A stretch of 64,000 bases of DNA from an uncultured Pseudomonadales bacterium (GCA_964447075.1 CAYUQY010000001.1:41202-105201); one strand, 5' to 3'. Numbered from the stretch's first letter, positions 35,619 to 45,831 are shown. The notes: a model not told the origin generated them from the sequence alone. Numbers and translations are program-made.

Positions 35619-36014
35619 TTAGTAGCTACGTCGACTGCCACCACCACTGTGTCGGTCACTGCCACCTCTGTCACCACCTCTACTGTCACCACCGCCGCCG
35701 CCACGACTGTCGTAACGAGGTCGATCCTCGCGAGGTCGGGGAGGTTGAGCGACGTTGACCACGATGGCACGGCCATCGATCTCTTGGTTGTTGAGAGCTT
35801 CAACAGCCTTGTTGGCCTCATCAGCTGTGGACATGGTTACAAAACCAAATCCTTTTGAACGACCGGTAAAACGGTCGGTCATCACGATACAGTCTACGAC
35901 TGTGCCGTGTTGAGCAAAAAGCTCTTGGAGATCTTCTGTGCGAAGATTCCAACTAAGATTACCTACAAATAACTTGGCCGGGTTAACCGCCATTTGATTG
36001 GATGAAGTATCCAT
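35619..36014 (-). CDS. RRM-domain RNA-binding protein with Gly/Arg-rich (RGG/RGGGG) C-terminal tail
   Basis: RNP2 KLFVGNL and RNP1 KGFGFVTM motifs. Tail DSRGGGGGDSRGGDRGGSDRHSGGGSRRSY. Confidence 0.8.
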   Translation of the reverse strand: MDTSSNQMAVNPAKLFVGNLSWNLRTEDLQELFAQHGTVVDCIVMTDRFTGRSKGFGFVTMSTADEANKAVEALNNQEIDGRAIVVNVAQPPRPREDRPRYDSRGGGGGDSRGGDRGGSDRHSGGGSRRSY

Positions 36015-36178
36015 ACTTCTCCTCTTTCTCTAAGTTCACTTACTTGCTCCTGAGCGGACAGATATCTCTCACTTACTTGAAGAAGAGTCATTGCCATCAT
36101 CACAAAAGTGAAACACACGAGAACTGATAAATAACTCCTGTATTATATGTGAGGGCTATTTAAAATGATATACTCACT

Positions 36179-37000
36179 TTGATTATGACCTTACTTCATC
36201 ATGTTGATGACTACGCAGCTGGAGGACTTGAGTTTGGGGAGATTACTCAGCGCCTGGTTCTGAACTTAGCTAACCCTAGTGAGGTGGTGATTCAAGGCAC
36301 TTCTGTACCCCCACTAGATACTATGGCTCTAGGATTTGTGACAGCACAGTATGCTCTTGCTCCAAAGCCAGAGCATCTCATGGTCTATGGTAACTGTGCC
36401 CCACGTCGATCTCAGGATAAAGCCCACAAGGATAATTTTGATCAAGGCATCAAGTACGTTAAGCTCACAAATGGAGCTGAGATTGTCAATGTTTACTCCG
36501 AGTTTGCCTTTGGTTTTGTCAAAAGTGAGATTGCGGAGTTTCGTGAAATTGAGTGTCCTAGCAGAGGCTCTCAGTTCCGCTCGCGTGATTTTTTCCCTGA
36601 GAGAGTAGCTAAGCTGATCAATGGAGACTACTCCATTCTGGGTAAAAAGCTAGACGTCTCGCTCATTCCAGATATCCCATCAGGACTTGTAGCCTGGACT
36701 GATGGTTTTGGCAACATCAAGACTACTACCAGACTTTCTCATCTAGAAGCTGAAGGTTTCAAGATGGGCCAAAAGGTACAGGTGATTCTTAATGGCGTGA
36801 GCATGTTGGGCGTGATTGCATTGGGTGGTTTTACGGTCGATCGTGGAGTCTTGGCAGTGAACGCCGGCTCATCAGGTTTTGAGGATCCTTTTATTGAGTT
36901 TTTCTTGCGCGTGCATCACATGAGTGAGAAAACAGCAGCCGTACGGTTTGATTATCCAGTTGGAGCTACACCATTTGAGATCAAGAGGCTGGAGATTTGA
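36179..37000 (+). CDS. Diverged DUF62 / SAM hydroxide adenosyltransferase (SAM hydrolase, chlorinase/fluorinase superfamily)-like protein
   Basis: C-terminal half aligns by eye to DUF62: LVAWTDGFGNIKTT versus the IDxFGNxxTN motif, followed by a beta-barrel-like C-domain. The N-terminal half is only weakly similar. Confidence 0.45.
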   Translation: MIMTLLHHVDDYAAGGLEFGEITQRLVLNLANPSEVVIQGTSVPPLDTMALGFVTAQYALAPKPEHLMVYGNCAPRRSQDKAHKDNFDQGIKYVKLTNGAEIVNVYSEFAFGFVKSEIAEFREIECPSRGSQFRSRDFFPERVAKLINGDYSILGKKLDVSLIPDIPSGLVAWTDGFGNIKTTTRLSHLEAEGFKMGQKVQVILNGVSMLGVIALGGFTVDRGVLAVNAGSSGFEDPFIEFFLRVHHMSEKTAAVRFDYPVGATPFEIKRLEI

Positions 37001-37062
37001 GCTTTTTTACTTGTATTTTGTAAATTATCATAAAGCACCAATCGGCATTAGGATTATTCATT

Positions 37063-38913
37063 ATGTGTGGCATTTACTCTGTTATCGGATCTACGACTCC
37101 TCAGCAGAAAGTTTTTGCAGGACTTAAGAGGCTTGAGTATCGCGGTTATGACTCTTGGGGTGTGGCTTGGATTGACAGCTCAGGCTCAAAAATAGAAATT
37201 GAGAAGCAGGTGGGGAAATTACCTGCAACCGCTTCATTTCCAGATTCAAGCAAGGACAGCAGGTCATCCATTAGCAATCCTTCACTATTAAGTTCAATGC
37301 ATCAAGTCAGCATTGGTCACACCCGTTGGGCTACACACGGCGGAGTTACCCAGGTTAACGCTCATCCTCATCTATCTTCAGATGGCAAATTTGCACTGGT
37401 GCAGAATGGTGTGGTAGAAAACATGAGCGAGCTCAAAACTTCGCTCTTAAAAGATGGTTTTAAATTTATTTCTCAAACTGATACAGAAGTCATAGTCAGG
37501 TTGATCGAAAGAGAGTTAAAGAAACATAACCTAACTCAATTAACCTACGAAATTTTGTTGTCAGTCTTTAGACAACTTGCAGGCAGAAATACCATCGCAG
37601 TCTTGACTAACACTGGTGAAGTCTTTGCCATACGCGACGGTTCACCATTAATAGTGGGAAGAAACAAAGGTAGGTTCGTCATTTCCTCAGACGTATTATC
37701 GATGCAAAGTAATGTGCAAGAGTTCGTTGCCTTAGAAAGTGGTGAAGGAGTAGCCCTAAGTTTTAGTAAATCTAAATCAAGATGGCAGCTAGCCTCTTAT
37801 GATTTAAGTGGTCTAGAAAAGAAAACCATTAGCTGGCAAAAAGTAGAAGTAACGGCAGACAACAAAATAGACAAGGGCGGCTTTGATCACTTCATGCTCA
37901 AAGAAATTATGGAGCAGCCTACAACTCTGAAGTCTACCGCAGTTCAGGATGAAGCGGAGTTGAAGAAGGCCCTTAAAATTATCAAACAGTCACGAGTAGT
38001 CTACTGTTTGGGTTCAGGTGGAGCTAGTTACTCAGCTTCAGAAATAGCCTACTTATTGAGGAAGTTAGGCGTTATGTCGGTAGAGCTGCAAGCTTGTGAA
38101 GCCCTGACATTTAAAAAGTTATGGTCTGATAAAGATGTTGCAATCGTGATTAGTCAGAGTGGTGAGTCTGCAGATACTTTAGAAGTCGTCGAGTGGATGA
38201 AGTCTTCAGGTATGCAGATCATTACTTTGGTAAATATGTCTGGCTCATCAATTGCAAGATTGGGCGACACAAACTTTCCCTTAGGTGTTGGGCCAGAGAT
38301 CGCTGTAGCTAGTACGAAGGCTATGTCAGGCCAGATAGTTTGGGGCTTACTAGTCGCCCAATTATTTAATGGCTTAAAGCTGGAAGAATTTAAAGAGAAA
38401 TTAAATGTTTTTAGTTACAGTTTAAGCATCTGGTTAAATGATCAATCAGTTTTAATTCAACTCAAGAAAATAGCAAGTGATTTAGCAAAAATAGATCACT
38501 CTTTCGTTTTAGGTAAAGGTGAGTTGTTGCCAAGTGCTAAAGAGTTTGCACTAAAGCTGAAAGAAATTGCCTACCTTCACGCAGAAGCTTTTTCAGCCGG
38601 TGAGCTGAAGCATGGACCAATTGCTTTGATCGATAAAAAATCGGTCGTTTTTTGTTTAGTTGCCCAGGATGAACATCTCTCAGACGTGCTAAATGCGGCT
38701 GCACAAGTTAAGTCACGTGGGGCCAGAGTTATAGGCGTGGGATCGATCAATAGTGAGTACTTCGATGAGTGGATTAAAGTGCCAGGAGATCTCCTTTTTG
38801 CTCCGATAGCTTGCTTTGTGCCAGCTCAGCTCCTCACGTACTATTTAGCTCTGCTCAAAGGGAACGATGCTGATAAGCCTAGGAACTTGGCTAAGAGCGT
38901 GACGGTGAAGTGA
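37063..38913 (+). CDS. glmS: Glutamine--fructose-6-phosphate aminotransferase (glucosamine-6-phosphate synthase)
   Basis: N-terminal MCGI (Cys1 Ntn amidotransferase). Two SIS domains. C-terminal ...AKSVTVK. 616 aa. Confidence 0.9.
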   Translation: MCGIYSVIGSTTPQQKVFAGLKRLEYRGYDSWGVAWIDSSGSKIEIEKQVGKLPATASFPDSSKDSRSSISNPSLLSSMHQVSIGHTRWATHGGVTQVNAHPHLSSDGKFALVQNGVVENMSELKTSLLKDGFKFISQTDTEVIVRLIERELKKHNLTQLTYEILLSVFRQLAGRNTIAVLTNTGEVFAIRDGSPLIVGRNKGRFVISSDVLSMQSNVQEFVALESGEGVALSFSKSKSRWQLASYDLSGLEKKTISWQKVEVTADNKIDKGGFDHFMLKEIMEQPTTLKSTAVQDEAELKKALKIIKQSRVVYCLGSGGASYSASEIAYLLRKLGVMSVELQACEALTFKKLWSDKDVAIVISQSGESADTLEVVEWMKSSGMQIITLVNMSGSSIARLGDTNFPLGVGPEIAVASTKAMSGQIVWGLLVAQLFNGLKLEEFKEKLNVFSYSLSIWLNDQSVLIQLKKIASDLAKIDHSFVLGKGELLPSAKEFALKLKEIAYLHAEAFSAGELKHGPIALIDKKSVVFCLVAQDEHLSDVLNAAAQVKSRGARVIGVGSINSEYFDEWIKVPGDLLFAPIACFVPAQLLTYYLALLKGNDADKPRNLAKSVTVK

Positions 38914-38946
38914 AGCTACCCCCTTGTGGGATAGAGGTAGAAAGTG

Positions 38947-39017
38947 AGGCGCGGATGGGAGTCGAACCCATCTAAAAGGTTTTGCAGACCTCTCTATAAC
39001 CGCTTTAGTACCGCGCC
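38947..39017 (-). tRNA. tRNA-Cys (anticodon GCA)
   Basis: Reverse complement folds as acceptor GGCGCGG/CCGCGCC, anticodon stem GAGGT/ACCTT with loop CTGCAAA, T-arm ATGGG-TTCGACT-CCCAT, discriminator U73 (typical of Cys). CCA not encoded. Confidence 0.8.
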
Positions 39018-39064
39018 ATTACCAGCTTTCATCTGGATTTGCTTTGCCATGATATCATAAGCAC

Positions 39065-40000
39065 ATGTCAAAATTGATAACATTTTTCCGTACTTTAGTT
39101 AATTCTTTCCTTCCCAAGTACTATGCCGATGTCTACAAGGCTAAGTTTTCTTTCTCTTTTAAGTATTTTCTAGTTTTTCATATCTTGATAGCTCTGATTA
39201 CCACTGTCACAGTCTTGATTCCAGTTGTTAACTTTAATCCAGAAAGTTATCTAGATGAAGTGGTAGAGCAGATCCCAAAAAATCTTAAGTTCGAGCTGAC
39301 AGATGGAGTTCTGAGTCTTAATAGACCACTACCCTACAGCATTCCAATTCCTGAGGGTGATGACGGCAGTTATGGCAAGAGAAATGTTGAGAATGTAGTG
39401 ACATTTGTGAAGGACGAAGATTTTAAAGGTGTAGCTGAGTTCAATAACTTCAAGTCGATGATCGTGGTGACAGAGACTGCAGTTTACGCCATGAAGGCGA
39501 CAAAAAGTAATGAAGTTAGAGCATACGCCTTCCCGATTCAAGATGAGTCTATTGTTCTTAGTACAGATGATGTTCCTAGAATACAGTCCCTCATACTTAC
39601 CCACCCCATCGTAGCTCAAAAGTGGTACATCCCTCTAATCGGTGCAGCAGTTTTCATCTTAGTTTATGTTGGAGCTCTAGCTTGGCATCTCCTGACTTTA
39701 GTATTTTTCTCCATTTTGAGTTGGCTGATTTTGAAGTTAGTCAAATCTTCAGCCGAAGGTCTAGAAATGGGCTTTTCCAAGACTTTCCAGTTTGGCATGC
39801 ACTTGACCACTGGACTCTGGATTATCGACTACGTTTTGACATTTGTTGGACTATCTATAAGTGGCATCCCCTATCTGTTGGCATTCATGGCAAGTATGGT
39901 GATGGTGAGTATCACTGCAGGTAAAGAGCTCAAGATGATCGCAGTTGCTCCTTCAAGCTCCATACTTCACTTAGAGACTGGTAAGGGTAGTTCTAAATAA
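39065..40000 (+). CDS. DUF1189-like polytopic membrane protein
   Basis: N-terminus FFRTLVNSFLPKYYADVYKAKFSFSFKYFLVFHILIALI resembles the DUF1189 start pattern (F..l...f.Pk.ia.fRf..k.fY.fll.li). Confidence 0.35.
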   Translation: MSKLITFFRTLVNSFLPKYYADVYKAKFSFSFKYFLVFHILIALITTVTVLIPVVNFNPESYLDEVVEQIPKNLKFELTDGVLSLNRPLPYSIPIPEGDDGSYGKRNVENVVTFVKDEDFKGVAEFNNFKSMIVVTETAVYAMKATKSNEVRAYAFPIQDESIVLSTDDVPRIQSLILTHPIVAQKWYIPLIGAAVFILVYVGALAWHLLTLVFFSILSWLILKLVKSSAEGLEMGFSKTFQFGMHLTTGLWIIDYVLTFVGLSISGIPYLLAFMASMVMVSITAGKELKMIAVAPSSSILHLETGKGSSK

Positions 40001-40020
40001 GAATTTAAGGAGTTAAATAT

Positions 40021-41934
40021 ATGACAGGTATACTTCTTTTACTTTTCTTAGCCTGGATTTTGTATCTTATTTTTGGTCGTAAAACTGCCCCCTCTCCAAT
40101 GGTGGCGGGAACGGTGACTCCAGTAAGGGAAGTACCTGCCGAACCAATCATCTACCCTCATTTGTTTTGGGTTTCTCTTGTCGCTACTCTGATTGCCTGG
40201 AATGTGTTTCTCTACGACACATTACCACTTATTGGTATTACTGGCTTTGCGGTGATCATGATATTGAGCATGCTCCTCTCTTTTGAGAAGCAGCGACGCA
40301 CTCCTCTGGTACTAGCCACTGCAGCAATCGCCTTAATAGCAGCTGTCGGAGTTGGCTTTAGAGCCAATGGTTTTGTCCAAAGTGTCAATATAGTCACGAT
40401 AGTTTTATGCTCATTATTGCTATCTTTTCTGCGATCTAGCAATCTTTTTGAGGCTAGATTCTTCTGGTTATTTAAGAACTTTATAAGTATGATCGGAAAG
40501 TTTTTCTCACATGTAATCAATCTTTTCGCTCAGCACAAGATTGCTGGCAAAGAGCAGAAGTGGTCGGTGGGATCTCTGATCAAAACTGTAGCTATCACGG
40601 TGGTAGTCTTACTTTTCTTCGTCGGCTTACTCTCATCTGCCGATCCTGTTTTCTCTAAGTTGGTCGAAGAGTTTCGAGAGCAGATCATGGGTCGAGCCAT
40701 TCTGACCATCATTCTAGCTATCATCACTGCTGCAGCACTTACCCTTCAGCTCAAAACTCGAAAAGACGACGAGTACAAGTTTGGTTTCTTAAGGTATCAA
40801 GACTTGATAGTGCCGACAGTGGCTGTAGTAGTTCTTTTCGGTGTCTTTCTCTTTGTCCAAGCTAAGTACTTATTTGGTGGTCAAGCAGACTTTGCTGCCT
40901 TTAACATCAGCTACTCTGAGTATGTCACCAAAGGCTTTATGGAGCTGCTTACTGTGGCCCTTTTTGGAGGATTGCTCTCGTACTTAGTCATACTTAAGAA
41001 TCGTGAGGTCAGTGATGACTCCAAGATGAAAACTTTGCTTTCTGTCAATGGTATCTTGATTTTTGAGCTCATGTGTATGCTGGGCTCAGCTTTAAAAAGA
41101 GATCTGATGTATGTCGACACATACGGACTCACTCGTGTTCGAATTATCGGAGGAATTTTTCTACTTTGGTTAGCTACATTATTGGTTCTACTCTTCTTGC
41201 TTAACCTCAAGAAGTTGATGCAGGAGAAAGTTCTCCTGACCGGTATGTTTGCGGCCAGCGTGGTAGTTGTACTTTTTCTCAATGTTGTAAATGTAGACGC
41301 CCTAGTTGTGCGAGGAGCTCCTGGACATCATGAGTACACTGATTATTTTTACATCAATAACTTATCCTCAGATGCAGTCTCGGGGTGGTCTGACAGCATC
41401 TCTCAGATAGAAACTCAATTCACCACACTGAAGATGAAAGGCTCATCACTAAGTGATAAAGAAAAGTCCCAGTTGGCAGGCCTAAAGTTGGCAGCTATCT
41501 CACTTCAAGAGATGAGAAATAAGCTGGATACAAAGTATAATTCTGATATTAGATACGTCATCTCTACTTACTACCCAGCAGATTTAGCTACATACGATAA
41601 GACTAAAATCTTGTCAAAAATAGCTTATAGCACCGGCCCTCTTGAAAAAATCAGGAGTTGGCAGGCCTGGAACTGGAGCGAGTCGAATGCATACTCTCAA
41701 ATAAACGGTAATCGATCTCTTTACTTCACCACTCTCGACCGCTTGGTGCAAGAAATTAAAGCCAGTCAATACAACTTTAGGTTGGACCTGTCAAAGGAAG
41801 AGAGGCGACTGCTCTATGACTTTTCCTATCCTTTCTTGTCTATTGACTCACGCTACTATCCACAAAGCCTAAGTGATGTAGATAGAGAGATTCAAAATCC
41901 GGCTAGACCTGGACAACTGCAGTACAGATACTAG
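40021..41934 (+). CDS. Hypothetical large polytopic membrane protein (about 12 TM) with a C-terminal soluble domain
   Basis: Repeated hydrophobic segments through ~aa 420, then a hydrophilic C-terminus. No family recognised. Confidence 0.4.
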   Translation: MTGILLLLFLAWILYLIFGRKTAPSPMVAGTVTPVREVPAEPIIYPHLFWVSLVATLIAWNVFLYDTLPLIGITGFAVIMILSMLLSFEKQRRTPLVLATAAIALIAAVGVGFRANGFVQSVNIVTIVLCSLLLSFLRSSNLFEARFFWLFKNFISMIGKFFSHVINLFAQHKIAGKEQKWSVGSLIKTVAITVVVLLFFVGLLSSADPVFSKLVEEFREQIMGRAILTIILAIITAAALTLQLKTRKDDEYKFGFLRYQDLIVPTVAVVVLFGVFLFVQAKYLFGGQADFAAFNISYSEYVTKGFMELLTVALFGGLLSYLVILKNREVSDDSKMKTLLSVNGILIFELMCMLGSALKRDLMYVDTYGLTRVRIIGGIFLLWLATLLVLLFLLNLKKLMQEKVLLTGMFAASVVVVLFLNVVNVDALVVRGAPGHHEYTDYFYINNLSSDAVSGWSDSISQIETQFTTLKMKGSSLSDKEKSQLAGLKLAAISLQEMRNKLDTKYNSDIRYVISTYYPADLATYDKTKILSKIAYSTGPLEKIRSWQAWNWSESNAYSQINGNRSLYFTTLDRLVQEIKASQYNFRLDLSKEERRLLYDFSYPFLSIDSRYYPQSLSDVDREIQNPARPGQLQYRY

Positions 41935-42010
41935 TTACTAGTCCCAATTCTCTTAGTCTTGATTTCTATCTCTGGCGCATACTGCTAATTAGTTTCTGAT
42001 CGGCCACACC

Positions 42011-43183
42011 ATGCTAGGCACTTACTATATTCATACTTTTGGTTGCCAATCTAACAAGAGTGACTCAGAACGAGTGGCTGGTGACTATGAAGCTCGTGGA
42101 TTTTCTCTAGCTACTGATTGGCGTACGACCGATGAACTTGTGGTTAATACTTGTGCTGTCAAAAAATCAGCTGAAGATAGTGCTCGCAGCTTCTTACATA
42201 ACGTGACCGTACACTTCAACTCCCTAGGTCAGAAGCGCCCTAAAATTATCTTGACTGGCTGTATGACTCATCACGGCAATCAACAGCTACTTAAGATGCT
42301 GCCTATGGTAGATGAAATTCTACCGATCAATGAAGTGGGTTTTAACTTAACAGCGGTAAGAAGAGATAGCTTGACCAAATCTGGTAAAAAGCACGCTTGG
42401 ATTCCAATTTCGATGGGCTGTAACTCGTTTTGTACTTTCTGTATCGTGCCTTACTCGCGCGGTCGTGAGCAGTCCAGGTCACAAGATGAAATTCTTTCTG
42501 AAGTAGAGTCTTTGATAAAAGATGGCTTTAGCGAAGTGACGCTGCTAGGTATGAACGTGAACTCATGGGGTTTAGAAAAGGTCGGAATTGGTTTTCGCAA
42601 GCTTATGATGGAGAGACCTGAATTTGGCAGAGATGAGCTGCCTGCCAACCAATCTCAGTATTTGACATCTACTGGAACTCCACCCTTTGTCCGCTTGCTT
42701 CAAGCAATTTCTTCATATCCAGAGATCACAAAGATTCGGTTCATGACAAGCAATCCATGGGACTTTCATGATGAGCTGATAGCAGAGATAGGTAAAAATA
42801 CCAAGATAGATAGATTTGTACATTTGCCAGTGCAGTCTGGAAGTAACTCAGTTCTGTATCGTATGAATCGTGGCTATACACGCGAGAGATACTTAGAGGT
42901 TCTGAGAAAATTGCGACAAGTGGATGAAAAAATTGTGATCGGTACAGATATTATTGTCGGTTTTCCAGGCGAGAGTGAGGAGGAGTTCGCAGACACAGTC
43001 TCTTTGGCTCAGGAAGCAGGATGGCGCTTGGGGTTTGTGTCGATGTACTCTCCCCGTCCAGGAACTGCCAGTTGGCGTATCTATCCTGACGATATTCCTC
43101 ATGTGGTCAAAAAAAGGCGTTGGCAAATTTTGGATAAATTGATAAATAAAGATAACTTACACAGAAGACCACTGGTGGTTTAG
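42011..43183 (+). CDS. miaB: Radical-SAM methylthiotransferase, MiaB family (tRNA i6A37 methylthiolation)
   Basis: UPF0004 N-domain YIHTFGCQSNKSDSE. Radical SAM CNSFCTFCIVP (CxxxCxxC). TRAM-like C-terminus. Immediately upstream of miaA. Confidence 0.8.
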   Translation: MLGTYYIHTFGCQSNKSDSERVAGDYEARGFSLATDWRTTDELVVNTCAVKKSAEDSARSFLHNVTVHFNSLGQKRPKIILTGCMTHHGNQQLLKMLPMVDEILPINEVGFNLTAVRRDSLTKSGKKHAWIPISMGCNSFCTFCIVPYSRGREQSRSQDEILSEVESLIKDGFSEVTLLGMNVNSWGLEKVGIGFRKLMMERPEFGRDELPANQSQYLTSTGTPPFVRLLQAISSYPEITKIRFMTSNPWDFHDELIAEIGKNTKIDRFVHLPVQSGSNSVLYRMNRGYTRERYLEVLRKLRQVDEKIVIGTDIIVGFPGESEEEFADTVSLAQEAGWRLGFVSMYSPRPGTASWRIYPDDIPHVVKKRRWQILDKLINKDNLHRRPLVV

Positions 43184-44152
43184 ATGAAAGAAACTAACAC
43201 TACAGCACAAAAGCTACTTATCTCCATAGTGGGTCCCACCGCAACTGGCAAAACATCATTTGCTCTTCAGCTTTGTCGTGAGCTCATGACAAAAAAAAAG
43301 TTTTCAGGATTTGACCTCATTTCAGCTGACTCACGTCAAGTCTATAGTGGTATGGAGATTGTGACTGGAGCTACAGACAACCAGTTGGGAGATGATGGAT
43401 TTATAAGGATCTTTGGTATATCGATGGTTAAACCAGATGAAGAGTGGTCAGTAGCTCATTTTCAACAGTATGCCCTGCCTCTCCTGGAAAATTCTTGGGC
43501 TCAGGGTCGACTGCCAATCGTGGTTGGCGGGACTGGCCTTTATCATCAATGTCTAGTCAACAAAGACCCACAGCTGCGCGTGGCTCCAAATCTTATTTTA
43601 CGTCAAGAAGTATCTAAGATGACTCTCTTAGAGCTACAGAATAAGTTGAAATCCAAAGCTGAACAGAAGTGGTTAAAACTAAATTCATCCGATCGATCCA
43701 ATCCTAGGCGACTGATTAGAGCTATTGAGATTTTTGAGGCAAATCTGGAGAGTAAATCGGAAATTTTGGGAAGCTCGGCATCGAGCTTTGAGTCGATCTC
43801 TCAGATTATAATTGGTTTAACAGACTTGCTCGAAAGCATAGCCAATAAAATTAAATCTAGGGTGAATGAGAGACTTCAGCAAGGAGCAGTTGAAGAAGTA
43901 AAAAAGCTGAAATTAAAGTACGGTGTAGCTGATTTTCCAGCCTTTTCTGCCACAGGGTTTAAAGAGATTTCTCAATGGATGGAGGGAAAAGTCAGTGAAG
44001 ATGAGATGAAGAAGTTGTGGAGTACGCGCGAGCTGCAGTACGCCAAACGCCAGCTCACCTGGTGGCGCCAGGACGATAAAATCAAGTGGTGGAGTGTGAG
44101 TTCTCCAGGATGGGATCGAGAAGCAATAGACAGTCTCTTGCGACTACTCTAG
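43184..44152 (+). CDS. miaA: tRNA dimethylallyltransferase
   Basis: P-loop IVGPTATGKTSFALQL. ADSRQVYSGMEIVTGA matches the MiaA DSMQVY motif. Starts 1 nt after the miaB stop. Confidence 0.8.
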   Translation: MKETNTTAQKLLISIVGPTATGKTSFALQLCRELMTKKKFSGFDLISADSRQVYSGMEIVTGATDNQLGDDGFIRIFGISMVKPDEEWSVAHFQQYALPLLENSWAQGRLPIVVGGTGLYHQCLVNKDPQLRVAPNLILRQEVSKMTLLELQNKLKSKAEQKWLKLNSSDRSNPRRLIRAIEIFEANLESKSEILGSSASSFESISQIIIGLTDLLESIANKIKSRVNERLQQGAVEEVKKLKLKYGVADFPAFSATGFKEISQWMEGKVSEDEMKKLWSTRELQYAKRQLTWWRQDDKIKWWSVSSPGWDREAIDSLLRLL

Positions 44153-44282
44153 ATATAGTTTACTGCAGATTACCAAGATGGAGCTGCTAAGACAATTGAA
44201 CAAAAAGTGCGCACAAAGATGATGGTGATTTTAAAAAAGCTCTTGTATACTACATGTATCTATTTAAAAATAAAGAAATTAG

Positions 44283-45299
44283 ATGTCAAAATCACCTACA
44301 ATCTCAGTCTCCTTTCAGTTAAAGAACCTTTTGTTTTTGTTTGGTGTGGCCATGGTAATGGTTGTGATGTTTCAGCTATCTGAAGTGATGGTGACACTAT
44401 TCTTGGCTGTATTAGTGATGTCAGCAATTGCTCCAGGAGTTCACTGGATGCAAGACAAGCTCAGAGTCCCACGAATTGCAGCTATTTTATTCTCTTACTG
44501 TGGAATATTGGTTATGCTCTCGATAGTAATGGCTGTGATAGTGCCACCGCTTGTCAGAGAGTTTCCTAATTTAGTTACAGCTCTCAATCTACCTCCTATA
44601 CCTGAGAACTTGATGCAGATGAGATTTACACTTTCAGAAGTGGGTAACTTTGCTCAACAACTTTTTAACTCTCTTGGTACTTTGTTGACAGTGGTAACCT
44701 CAACTTTCAGTGGCATCTTAGCCTTTTTTACTGTCTTGGTGATGGCTAGTTATCTTATGCTTGATAAGGAGAGACTACACCTTAAGATAGCCTGGGTGAC
44801 AACTGATAAGATTCACTTCAGGATGGCAAAAGAGATTATTGATCAGACAGTTCTCCATCTTGGTGGTTGGGTGCGTGGTGAAGTCACACTTATGTTGATC
44901 ATCGGAGTGATGACCTACGTAGGTCTCACTCTTTTGGGAGTTCCTTATGCGCTACCACTCTCATTTTTGGCTGGCTCGCTTGAAATACTTCCCAATCTCG
45001 GTCCTACGATCTCAGCAGTACCAGCGATAGTGATAGCCTACTTAAGTATGGGACCTGGCATGGCAGCCTTGGTTTTTTTGATCTACATCTTGATCCAACA
45101 GCTTGAGAATCACGTAATTGTGCCCAAGATTATGCTGGACAATGTCGATGTCAATCCATTGACCACTATCATGGTAATTTTATCTGGCTTCAAGTTGGGT
45201 GGCATCATGGGAGCTTTGATAGCTGTGCCCTTTTATGTCACTTTACGAGTAGTGTACAGCGTCTGGCTACAAGAGCATCGCCGTACCTCCAGGGCGTAG
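44283..45299 (+). CDS. AI-2E family transporter (PerM/UPF0118)
   Basis: Eight TM segments and the conserved ILPNLGPTISAVPAIVIAY region typical of AI-2E/UPF0118. Confidence 0.75.
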   Translation: MSKSPTISVSFQLKNLLFLFGVAMVMVVMFQLSEVMVTLFLAVLVMSAIAPGVHWMQDKLRVPRIAAILFSYCGILVMLSIVMAVIVPPLVREFPNLVTALNLPPIPENLMQMRFTLSEVGNFAQQLFNSLGTLLTVVTSTFSGILAFFTVLVMASYLMLDKERLHLKIAWVTTDKIHFRMAKEIIDQTVLHLGGWVRGEVTLMLIIGVMTYVGLTLLGVPYALPLSFLAGSLEILPNLGPTISAVPAIVIAYLSMGPGMAALVFLIYILIQQLENHVIVPKIMLDNVDVNPLTTIMVILSGFKLGGIMGALIAVPFYVTLRVVYSVWLQEHRRTSRA

Positions 45300-45389
45300 C
45301 TTGAAGACTTGCCTTTTTATCCAGCTTTGCTTGATTGGTTAAGCTCCCTTATAGATTTTAGAGTTCAAAATAGGAGTATAATTACTTCT

Positions 45390-45760
45390 GGTCTCCGCTA
45401 GTGGTGATGGCCTCAGACTATGTCTGGGGAGGAAAGTCCGGACAGCAGCACAAAAGATGTCTCTTGAAAGAGAGAGACCGCGAGCCGTGAGGCGAGCGGG
45501 ACAGTGAGAGCAACAGTGACGAACGGGGTAGGCGCCCGGTGCAACGACGCAAGTCTTCATGGCGTATACACTAGAGTGCCGCAAGGTATTTTAGAACTTG
45601 GCAATCCTCTCTGCTGCAACTGACGAACTTCACCTTAATGGACATGTGCCCTTTCATGGTGATAAAGCTGCAGGCATTAGAGAAATCATCACCCTCGCAT
45701 TATTTGCTCGAAAGAGTGAAAAAATTTGAGAACAGAATCCGGCTTACACGGCGGGGACCG
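45390..45760 (+). ncRNA. rnpB: RNase P RNA (bacterial type, M1 RNA)
   Basis: P4 5' strand GGGAGGAAAGTCCGGAC and P4 3' strand ACAGAATCCGGCTTAC. Terminal P1 pairing GGTCTCCGC ... GCGGGGACC. Length about 370 nt. The 81-aa minus-strand ORF 45339-45584 lies inside it and is considered spurious. Confidence 0.75.
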
Positions 45761-45831
45761 ATAAAGTAGACTAGGCATTAGGTTTGGTGTATTCTATTTC
45801 TCATACTTAACCCTCTACAAAAAGGAGTGAT

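Noticed and set aside
35505-35858. 117-aa +strand ORF (and 70-aa minus-strand ORF 35609-35821) rich in Thr/Val/Ala repeats
   Set aside because: Both lie entirely within, or antisense to, the GGT/GGC-rich RGG tail of the RRM protein gene (35619-36014). They are low-complexity translations of the opposite strand or frame, not genes.
45339-45584. 81-aa minus-strand ORF
   Set aside because: It sits inside the RNase P RNA gene (conserved P4 sequences on the + strand), so it is a spurious ORF over a structured RNA.
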